A stretch of DNA of 64,000 bases from the human T2T-CHM13v2.0 reference genome, Homo sapiens, in the NCBI RefSeq assembly GCF_009914755.1, contig NC_060933.1; one strand, given 5' to 3'. The notes beneath the pieces were generated by a model that saw only the letters and a list, made by a program, of their open reading frames with translations, was not told the DNA's origin and searched no databases. Both the position numbers and the translations under genes were made by a program. This document shows positions 1 through 10,153 of the stretch, in pieces. Positions within the stretch are counted from its first letter, which is position 1, and every line of letters begins with the position of its first letter.

Positions 1-204
1 AAATTACAGTGAATAAAATTATTTGCACCTCCTTCTTTATAGATAAAGAAATTTATATTCAGACAGAAAAGTGAGTTTCTCAGTGTCTCCCACTCATCTA
101 GTGAGTAGCAGAATTGGGCCTTAATCTGGATTCCCAAGTTTCTTAGCCCCATTAAGTAACAACAATAATAGTAAGAACAAGAGTAGTAACATAGCAACAA
201 TTTG

Positions 205-860
205 TTAAGTGTCAGACAGTGTGCTAAGCACTTTCAATAGATGATTTTATTTAATTTTTGCAATATGCATGAAGGACTACTATTGTAACTATTTAGGAAA
301 GAGGAAACTGAGGCTTAGAGGATTGAGTTACTTGCCAAGGTGACTGTGATGGTTAATACTGAGTGTCAACTTCATTGGATTGAAGGATGCAAAGTATTGT
401 TCCTGGGTGTGTCTGTGAGGGTGTTGCCAAAGGAGATTAACATTTGAGTCAGTGGACTGGGAAAGGCAGACCCACCCATCATCTGTGTGGGTACAATCTA
501 ATCAGCTGCCACCGTGGCTAGAACGAAAGCAGGCAGAATGTGAAAAGACTAGACTGGCTTAGCCTCCCAGGCTACATCTTTTTCCCCTGCTGGATGTTTC
601 CTCTCCTTGAACATCGGACTCCAAGTTCTTCAGCTTTGGGACTCGGACTTGCTTCCTTGCTCCTCAGCTTGCAGATGACCTATTATGGGACCTTGTGATC
701 GTGTGAGTCAATATTCCTGAATAAAATCCCCTTTATATATACATCTATCCTATTAGTTCCGTCACTGTAGAGAACCCTGACTAATACAGTAACACTAAGC
801 TGGTGAACAGCCGGAGGCAGGACTAGAAGCCAGGTGATCAAACTCTAGAGCCTGCTCTTT
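205..860 (-). mobile_element. MIR SINE split by an LTR insertion
   Basis: MIR core gaggaaactgaggcttagag...cttgccaagg at 301-340 resumes after 789 (ggactagaagccagg...ctctagag). Confidence 0.7.
345..788 (+). mobile_element. MLT2A-type (ERVL) solo LTR
   Basis: Starts TGTGATGGTTAATACTGAGTGTCAAC and ends GAACCCTGACTAATACA (TG...CA); 5-bp TSD gtgac/gtaac. Confidence 0.9.
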
Positions 861-1543
861 CATTCCCTACAACTTCCCACCTCCCTTCTCTCATACTGCA
901 GAGGAGGCTCTTAAAAAACATGTTTTCCATAAGTGAATGAATGAAGTGATGATGTAAGAAGAGCTTTGCATCATTTATGGCACATAGTGTTCAATCAACA
1001 ATAAATCTCTTTGCCTTCCTTCTCTCTACTCCTCCACACTGAGGGCTGAGGGAACATTTAGGGCCTACTGTCCAACACCAGATCTCAATCCAAAGCTTTG
1101 CATATTTTAAAATGTTGTGTTGTAAAAATAGGAGAGGAACAAGGCTCTGTGAATAATTCACCACCTTGCCTTAGAGAAATTAAAAATATATTTCATTGAG
1201 GAAGAAAGGTCTTGGTTACTTGGGGTTTCCAGGAACTCAGACAAGAGCACAGCTTTTAATGGAAGAATTGAATTGGTCTCAATGCCTTTTTTACCCCCAA
1301 GTGAAATGGAGGGGGTGATGTCCAAAGAAAAGAGTTTAGGTTAATGCTACACTTAATGTAGAAATGAATTCATTTTCACTTTACAACAGAATAGAATTTA
1401 CACTAATGATTTCATATTCAAAGTCCTACTTAACTTAATATCTAACTGGCAACAGACAGCTAACACATGCTGGTTGGTTGGTTGGTTGGTGGAGCGGGTA
1501 TTGGGTTGGTGGGGAAGTGAGTTGGTTAAAGAGATGACTGACA

Positions 1544-1870
<327 letters not shown>

Positions 1871-3127
1871 TCAAAAACAGAATGCAGGCTTTGTGCATGG
1901 AAAACACTCACTTAAAAACTTAGCTTTATCACTTACTAGCTGTACTTCTTCTGGGTCTCAGCTTCCTTATTTATAAAATGGAGGTAATATGACATGTGCA
2001 GTTTTGAGGGCTAAAGACAATGTACAATGTCTGCTATATAGCAAATAACTGTTAAGTAGTGGATAATATTATTGTAGGAATGAATAAATTTGCCTAACCA
2101 ATCTCTCCACCACATTCCCCACATTATGAATCGGGTCTTCCTACATTGTATGCTGAGCCTAGAAAGCTCTGCCACCTCCCTTTACTTAACCAGCTCCTGG
2201 TGAACAAAACTGTCACTTCCTCCAGGAAGTCTGTACTGACCACTCCAGTTGGTAGTGCTCAACATGTCTCTGAAGGAGAAGATCCCCTGTTATAATTACA
2301 CCTCAGTCCACCCTTCCTGTATCAATATGCCAATCTCTCCTAGTGGGCATGGGCCATACCTAAATGCAGCCGGCGACTTTGTGAGTATGTGGCACAGCGC
2401 TCTATCACTAAAGGGGCTTCCTCAAAGTTCAGTGAATCCAGTCACTGTGGCAAAACTGGTGCCTAAGGGATTGCTCCTAATATTAAATGATGCATTCAGG
2501 CAAGATCCACAAGCATCTAAAGGCACTAGTCTGCACTATTTTCCATTCATTGTCTTTGCATTTATTTCCTCTCCTTTATCCAGCCCTCTTACCCTTGATC
2601 ACTCAAAAACTGACTGGCCCTGATGGGGAGGGATGGGTAAGGCTGAGCAGGGTGGAACAATTAATCTGCTTTCCCATTAACCTACTCTAAGCCCACAGGA
2701 GTTACAAATGATAGCCTGTTTGTAAAAGGATAACCTCGATTTATCAGTCTCTAAAGTAGACTTAAATAAACAAAGCATATTCCCTAAACAATATCTGAAA
2801 TTTAATTATTTTCCCAGATTAGACCAAAGGAACTGAGAAAATGATCAGATTAGGCATTTCTAACAAATGGAGCCAATTCCAAGGTTAAGCCGTATTTTCA
2901 GAAAATTTAGTAAACTCTCAAATTAGACTGTCCCATAGAACTGAATCACCTCCTCGGATATGATCACAACAGCCAAGACAATTTGGCTTACCTGGCTATA
3001 AATGCTTTTGTGTGATGTAGAATGGCAGAGAAGCTAAGAAGGCTTTGCTGTTAAGACATCCCACTCTCCCTTCCCATCCCAAACCCAAAGTCATGAGAAG
3101 GCTCTGGCCCAGTGGCTGCTGACCTAC

Positions 3128-3318
3128 CTCCCAATGTGGCTGAGATGAGCAGGTGGGTGCCGTACTTTTTGATGATGGTATCGATGAACTGCTGAGTGGT
3201 AGGTCTCCTGCCAAGCAGGCGGATGCTCCTTTGAAACTCCGGCATGAGGGGCACTGGATGGCGGACCAGATCTCTCCTCTCGATGGCTGTGTTCCTCACC
3301 TTCCAACGGGCAAACTCC
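3128..3318 (-). CDS. BRINP1: BRINP1 (BMP/retinoic acid-inducible neural-specific protein 1; DBC1/FAM5A) internal coding exon, probably exon 3, MACPF domain segment
   Basis: Minus-strand translation (R)[63 protein letters not shown](G) matches BRINP1 as I recall it and carries the MACPF signature YGTH-x7-GG. Acceptor ttctcctgcccag|G at 3319/3318 and donor GAG|gtaggt at 3128/3127. Length 191 nt, phase 2 in and phase 1 out. Confidence 0.96.
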
Positions 3319-3971
3319 CTGGGCAGGAGAAATGAGCAACACTTCTCAACTTACCACCATTACCCTTAAGCCAAAGTCCACCCAACCATCCATCCAGGCA
3401 TCTCTCCTTAAGTGGGAAAGTGCCTACAATTTTAATATGTGTCAAGTGATGCTTTGATCTGGAGCTTCCAATCATCTGCAACCAACAAATATTTATAGAG
3501 TACTATTCTCATCACAGGAATATTGAACTAGATAAACAATATCATTGTCCTCAAGTTGTTTACAGAGCACCAGGGAGACAAATATCAGGAGTTACTTTTA
3601 TTAGGGGTTGGGTAGAGGGACTGAGGAAAAAGAAAGAGTAATACAAATAATAATCTGATGATAATATGGATGATGATAATGTACTGATGAAAATTTTCAT
3701 GGTATTTTATAGTTTCCAAGAATATCATGTCTAAGTTCTTATATAATGATCACACTAGCCCTGTGCCAGGGGATTATTATCCATTTCTGATACCTGTCAC
3801 AGGACCAAGTCCTCCATTGTCTTCTAGTTGTCTGTCCATCTCTCTTGCTAGACTGTAAATGACACCACAAGAATAGAATCTTCTTAGGCACTCCCTAACC
3901 CAGCCCTGTATATAGCTCCGTGCCTGTTACATGGCAGGATTCATGATAATGCCAGACAGAGAAATAAACAA

Positions 3972-4342
3972 ATGGAAGGAAGGAAGGAAGGAAGGAAGGA
4001 AGGAAGGAAGGAAGGAAGGAAGGAAGGAAGGAAGGGAGGGAGGGAGGGAAGGGAGGAAGGAAGGGAGGGAGAGAGGGAGGGACCAGATGAAGGGAGAGAG
4101 GGAGAGAGAAAGGGAAGGAAGGAAGGAGAGAGAGAGGGAGGGAGGGAAGAAGGAAGGAAGGAAGGGAGAGAGGGAGAGAGAAAGGGAGGGAGGGAAGGAG
4201 GGAAGGAAGGAAGGAGAGAGAGAGGGAGGGAGGGAAGAAGGAAGGAAGGAAGAAAGGAAGGAAGGAAGGAAGAAAAGGAAGGAGGGAGGGAGGGAAGGAG
4301 GGAGGGAGGGAGGGAAGGAGGGAGGGAGGGTGAGAAGGAGGA
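3972..4342 (+). repeat. Compound (GGAA)n/(GGGA)n/(GA)n polypurine microsatellite
   Basis: About 370 bp almost purely G/A; explains the E/G/R/K-rich and P/S/F/L-rich pseudo-ORFs. Confidence 0.97.
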
Positions 4343-5633
4343 TATATAATAGTAGACAGGACCTAAGGCACAAAGCAACCTGAGGACTGTTCTAGGATAA
4401 TCCAGAAATCAAATATTGAGCCCAGAGCTCACTTTAATCCAAAATGTTAACATGTATTCATTGAGCACCTAGTATTTTAAAGCAATTAAGCTATGTTCCA
4501 AAGACCATGTGGGAGAATTTCCATGTTTGCCTTCACCAATAACAGAGGATCTCACAACCAAACGACACCAAATTTGGAAGTCCAAGTCTCGCTCTCCCTC
4601 TTACAAATTATGTGTTGTGATCTTGTCCCCTCTCTAGACCTACATTTCTTCATCTATAAAATTCAATTATCTATTTGCTACTGCTGATGCAGGAATTACA
4701 TGAAACATAGAGTGCAAAATACCTTTGGAAACTGCAAGGTGCTAATTTAATGTGAATTATTGTTTTATAACTTTATTTTCTCACAAGTTCCCAGACATGT
4801 ACATGTAAATCATTAAAAGTTCACATACAGTAAACTTGGAGCATACAAACCGAGTACAAGTGAAAACTTAGAGGGACTGAGTGAAGGTTGCTTTTGCTCA
4901 GTAACAATCACAGTTCCCACCAAAGATGCAGCTCCCCCAGAATGACCAGCTCTCCGACCTGCCTGAGTTACATGCTCTCGGTCCCTTGAGGAAAACAGAC
5001 TAGACAAGAGGGCTGTAAGGTCAGCTGAGATAAATGATGGGAACCAGAGTTTAATGAAAAGGTCTCTCTCTCCTGCCACAGGATGGGAGAGACGAATGAG
5101 GAAAGGGACACAGGGCAAAGAAGCAGCAGAACAGTGGGGGTATCTGGCCGGAATGTGCCCTGGTAATTTAGTGGTGGTGTCTGACCCCTGATTCACAGAA
5201 AACTGGGTCTGAGAAAAGCTTTCACATTAGAATATGTTTCCAAGATTCAGAGATCATGGTCTGTGTCTGAGTAAGAAATCTCTGTCCATAATTCAAGACA
5301 TAGTTCAAATTTGAAGTCCACTGAGTACCTTGCATGTTGTTGCAGGTACTTAAGTCAATCAACTGCACTCAGTGAACCCTTCAAGACACCTACTAAGGGC
5401 AACATATGATGTCCACGGAAGGGGAATGCACATGTCACAGTCCCTGTCCTTAAGAAGCTCACAGTCTGGAAGACTTTTCAGTTTATTATAAATCAAGGAC
5501 TACAGGACACAGGAGGAGGAACCTGAACTTTTCGGGCCTCTAGGGAAAGCTTCAGAGAGGAGGTCATGTTTGAACTATAGTTTTTAAGTTTGCATGGAAT
5601 TTAGATCAACGAAGTGTGGTTAAAAACAAAAAC

Positions 5634-5790
5634 AGCCAGAATGGTGGTGCACGCCTGTAGCCCCAGCCACTCAGGTGGCCAAGGCAGGAGGATCACTTGA
5701 ACTCAGGAGTTCAAAACCAGCCTGGACAACATAGTGAGACCTTGTCTCTAAAAGTAAAAGAGAAACAAATAAACACAAAAACAACAAAAA
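5634..5790 (+). mobile_element. FLAM/AluJ-type monomer
   Basis: Single Alu arm ...ggaggatcacttgaactcaggagttcaaaaccagcctggacaacatagtgagaccttgtctc followed by an A-rich tail. Confidence 0.85.
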
Positions 5791-5977
5791 AACTAACCAT
5801 GGGGAGGAAAAGTCAGGAACAGTGAGCAGGGATACAGAAAACGTTATGAGAAGGGCAGAATAAAATAGGGGGAGCATGAAAAAGAGGGTGTGGGAGGCAA
5901 CAAGATGGAACAAGTAGTTGACGGGATGTGGGCATGGGGGAAAGACCTTGACAGCCAGCTGAGACAAATGTTACAGG

Positions 5978-6562
5978 TGTGGCAGGCAGCTTGCGGCTTG
6001 AGTCCTAATGACCTCGGGCCCAGGGACTCGTTTCTAATTAATAGAATATGAAAGTGATGGAGTGTCACTTTCACGTTTCAGTTACAAAATTCTTCGATGT
6101 CTATTTGGTGTGTGTTCTCTCTCTGTGTGTCTCTGGTTCTCTAAGTCCCTCTATGTCTTTCTCTGTCTCTGTCTCTTTTTCTGCTTCACCCACTGGCTCT
6201 CTGTTCCCTCTCTGTTTCTTGCATTGGCTTTCCTGCTCTCTCTGTCTCTGTGTCCATCTTTTCTTCCTCCCTCCCTCTCACTCGCTGCCATGCTGTGAGA
6301 TGCTCTATGGAGACATCCACATGGCAAGGAGCCGAGGGAATCCTTAGGCCAACAGCTTCCGAGGAAATGAGGCCTTGCAAGGAACTGAATCCTGGCAGTA
6401 ACCATGGGCTTAAGCTAGGAAACAGACCCTTCCCAAGCTAGCCTTGAGATGACTGCAGCCTGGTAACAAACCCAGAGACAGGGCGTCCAGATTCCTGACT
6501 CACAGAAACTGTGAGATAATATTGTTTTAAGTCACTGAATTGTGAGGTAATTGATCAATACA
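5978..6562 (+). mobile_element. MLT1 (MaLR) solo LTR, MLT1E/F-like, with an internal CT-rich expansion
   Basis: Typical MLT1 motifs: ccatgctgtgag, ccacatggcaaggag, aaggaactgaatcctg, cagattcctgactcacagaaactgtgagataat...ttttaagtcact. Confidence 0.75.
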
Positions 6563-6726
6563 CAGCAATGAGAAATGCCAAATATCTCTGAGGAAAAGAG
6601 TATTTCCTTATCAGCTAATCCAAGAAATTTATAAAATTATATATACATATAATTATGAGGTTATATATATATATGCATATAAACATACTGATATATCAGT
6701 ATATAGAAAAATATATATAGTCATAC

Positions 6727-6746
6727 GTGTGTGTGTGTGTGTGTGT
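6727..6746 (+). repeat. (GT)10 microsatellite in an AT-rich low-complexity region
   Basis: gtgtgtgtgtgtgtgtgtgt preceded by (TA)-rich sequence. Confidence 0.9.
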
Positions 6747-7271
6747 ATCACTTTTATTCATAACTTACTGTCTTGGGTTGCTTTTTTCATATGAACACAC
6801 CCGTATTCCTTAAAATTAATATTTATTTCACACAGAGAGGTTAAGTAACTGTTAAAGGTCATGTAGCTAATGAGTGGTAGAATTGAGTATAGAAAACTGG
6901 CACCCTGACTCTTAAATCACTCTTTTAATGTAAATATCGAGAGGTAGAATATAAAAGCATAGTAGAACCAGTACCAGTACAGAAGAATGATGCCACCCCC
7001 ACCACCAAATTACAAGGCATGACTCAATTCCTTTTTTTGAAACAGCCATCACAGTCTTTGACGTTCACCAGCGATAGACCAGGGCCTGCCATCTGTGTTG
7101 CTTCCTTGAAAAGAAACTCAGAAAGATGCCTATGCCAGGTACCCAGTTTATCCCTCACAGGGTGGATGTAAGGCCTAAGTGAGGAAATGTATGCGACCTG
7201 CTGAGCACAGAGTCAGGTACTTGGGGAGAACTCAGTAACTGGGGATGTTACCCTAAAGAACTAACTACCTG

Positions 7272-7292
7272 CTCAGCACCACGGACAGAGTT
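7272..7292 (+). promoter_or_regulatory. RE1/NRSE element (REST/NRSF binding site)
   Basis: CTCAGCACCACGGACAGAGTT versus consensus TTCAGCACCACGGACAGCGCC: 16 contiguous matches covering both half-sites with the canonical 2-nt spacer; 17/21 overall. Confidence 0.8.
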
Positions 7293-7369
7293 TTTTATCC
7301 CAAGGAATTGGTCCACTGGGGGAAGGAGGACAAATGGTTGTTTAGGGAAGGTATTAAACTATAATGTAC

Positions 7370-7870
7370 AATATGGAGGTTCCTCAAAAAACTAAAAATA
7401 GGACTACCATATGATTCAGCAATGCCACTACTAGGCATATACCCAAAAGAATGGAAATACATATTAAAGAGATAGGACCATGTCTTATCACAGCACTATT
7501 TACAATACGAAAAATGTGCAATCAAACTAAGTGCCAATCAATGGATGAATGGATAAAGAAAATATGTATACATACTCAATGGAATATCATTCAGCCATAA
7601 AAGGGAATGAAATCCTGTCATTTGCAGCAGGATGGAAGGAATTGGAGGCCATTTTGTTAAGTGAAATAGTCCAAGCACAGAAAGACAAATATCACACATC
7701 CCATTCATTTGTGGGAGATGAAAAATGGACCTCGTGAAGATAGAGAGTGAAATGATGGTTCCCAGAGGCTGGGAAGGATAGTTGGGGAGGAACGAAGGGA
7801 AAAATAAAACATATAAATGCATTTATTACCATGGAATTGAACACTTAAAAATGGTAAAGAACAAAAAGAA
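7370..7870 (+). mobile_element. L1 3' fragment (L1MA/L1PB-like; ORF2 end plus 3'UTR)
   Basis: tatggaggttcctcaaaaaactaaaaatag...atggatgaatggataaagaaaat...; ORF 7549-7737 resembles the L1 terminal segment (YSMEYHSAIKGNEILSFAA). Confidence 0.9.
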
Positions 7871-8289
7871 CAATGAGCTCCATGTGCAAAAATGGAGGTG
7901 AAAGAGAGGGGATAGGACAGGTAGAAAGAAAGGGATGTGTGTGTCTGTGTGTACCTGTAATACATAAATGATAAGAGCTAAAGGCAGAGAGGTTGTCAAG
8001 GACCACAGGATGAATGACTATGTGTCAAACTATGATAGTAGATTACAGTCTATAAACTCTGTTCTCACTGGCCAACAATCCAGGCTAAAAGCATTTTGAA
8101 GATAGGTTTATGTGGCTCTGCAACCATTACAGGGATGTTGGAGCAAAGACTGTAATAATCACAGGATTCTGTGATTTTTACACTCTTTACCAAAGTACAC
8201 TTAAGTAAAAGGGCTCAATAGCACCCAGATCTATTCAGAGCTAGATTTAAACAACATTAGAGACAAAAAGGTTGATTACATATTCGAAA

Positions 8290-8850
8290 TTTGAGCACCT
8301 ACTATTTTTCCAGCTCTAAAGATACCACAGTAAACAAAATTAATGAAAGTCTTGCTCTCAAGGGGCATACATGCTGGTGACAGTGGACAGATAACAAAGA
8401 AACAAATATGTAATGTGTCAGGGGAGATAAGTGTTATAAAGACAAATAAATCACGGGGAGGAGGCTGCGATGTCCAGAAGGGGGTAAAGCTGTCATTTCA
8501 TATAGGTCATCAGAAAAGGCCTTTGTGATTTCATGACATTTGAGGAGACACCTGAAGGAAATGAGGGAGGGACCATAGGGCCACCTGGTGAAATAATGTT
8601 CCCGGAAAAAAATAACAGCAAATGCAAAGGTCCTGGGGTGGAAATGTGTTTGACACATTTGGGAAACATCAAAGGGCAGCCTAAATGAGTAGAGGGGTGA
8701 TATGGGAAGAAAAATAATATCAAAAGATGAAGTGGAGGAACATAGACCTCAAAAGGCTTTGTCAGCCTTAGTAAAACTTTTTTAAAAATTCTAAGTAACA
8801 AGAAAAGTCAAAAGAAGGTGTTGAGTCTACCTAATCTGATTTACGTTATA
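8290..8850 (-). mobile_element. L2 LINE fragment
   Basis: ttgagcacctacta...gtcttgctctcaagg...gacatttgaggagacacctgaagga...gcaaatgcaaaggtcctg, typical of the L2 3' end in antisense. Confidence 0.7.
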
Positions 8851-8854
8851 AAGG

Positions 8855-9050
8855 AAGGGTAGGCAAACATTTTCTATAAAGGTCCAGGTAGTAAATATTT
8901 TAGATTTTTCAGCCACAGGTACCTGTTGCAACCACTCAACTGTGTCCTTGTACAGGGAAACAGTCATAGACAATACAACTGAGTGTGGATGTGCTCCAAT
9001 AAAACTTTATTTACAAAAGCAAGTGCCCAAATATATTTGGCCTATGGGAA
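8855..9050 (-). mobile_element. MER58A-like hAT-Charlie DNA transposon
   Basis: ggcaaacattttctataaaggtccaggtagtaaatattttag...ccaataaaactttatttacaaaa. Confidence 0.75.
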
Positions 9051-9844
9051 ATATGTCCTAAAAGCTTCACTCTAACTCCATTCATAGAAGTCATCAAATC
9101 CAACTAATACCATCCACTGATGGGAAAATTGAATGTCAAAAAGATTGAGTTATTTGATCAAGATCACACAGCAAACGATCAGGAAGGATTAAATCAGAGC
9201 CCAAGGCTCATGACTTCAAGTGCAATACCCTTTCCATTGCAACATGCCACCTTAAAAAAAATAATGTAAAAGAAAATACATAAAAGAAAGCAAGCCTTGC
9301 TTGCCATGTTGTCTAACTGCTCTGCTGGCCCGGGAACAATTTCATGTCAGTTCTCAGGGAATTGAGCACAACATAAAATATATCTTTCCTTCTGAGTGCA
9401 CAGAACAAGCAAATTCCCCTTGGAGGAGAAGGCAGAACTCACAATGGCATAGGATCTGTGGAATATGCTTATGCCCAATTAAGCATCCCAGCAGGGTGGG
9501 CAAACCAATTAGACTGAGATTAAAGTAAGATCCTGGATGGAAGTCGTGGGGTGTCTGCAGCAAGGGCCATCCCACTGGGGGAGCCAGAGGTGGGAGGGCA
9601 GATGATGACAGGGCCTGGGGATGGATGAAGACTGCAGCCAGGGGTGCTGGATTTAAGATGAGGCTGGAGAGAAAATTATAAGTCCGAATCTTTCTTTTTA
9701 GAGCAAAGTATTGCCTGTATAGGAATCCTCCTTCATCCTCTTTATTAGTCCTCTACTTTCCTTCATACGTGCAAAAAAATACACATATGTACACTCAATG
9801 ACACAGTGCACAGAAGGAGACATGATTACGAGACAGAAAGGAGA

Positions 9845-10153
9845 GGCCAGGTGCAGTGGCTCACGCTTGTAATCCCAGTACTTTGGGAGGTCAAGGCGGG
9901 CAGATCGCCTGAGCTCAGGAGTTCAAGACCAGCCTGGGAAATACAGTGAAACCCCATCTCTACTACACATACAAAAAATTAGCCAGGCGTGGCAGCATGC
10001 GCCTGTAGTCCCAGCTACTCAGGAGACTGAGGCAGGAGAATCTCTTGAACCCGGGAGGCGGAGGCTGCAGTGAGCCGGGATTGAGCCACTGCATGCCAGC
10101 CCGGGCAACGGAGCAAGACTCCAGCTCAAAAAAAAAAAAAAAAAAAAAAAAAA
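9845..10153 (+). mobile_element. AluS-family element, full length
   Basis: Dimeric Alu with A tail; TSD acgagacag(a/g)aaggaga. Confidence 0.93.

Noticed and set aside
3051-3299. ORF-track 82-aa protein as a standalone gene
   Set aside because: It is the BRINP1 exon read from an internal GTG and running into the intron; the splice sites define 3128-3318.
3927-4383. Four 125-150 aa ORFs on both strands
   Set aside because: They are translations of the GGAA/GGGA microsatellite, which lacks stop codons; no evidence of a protein.
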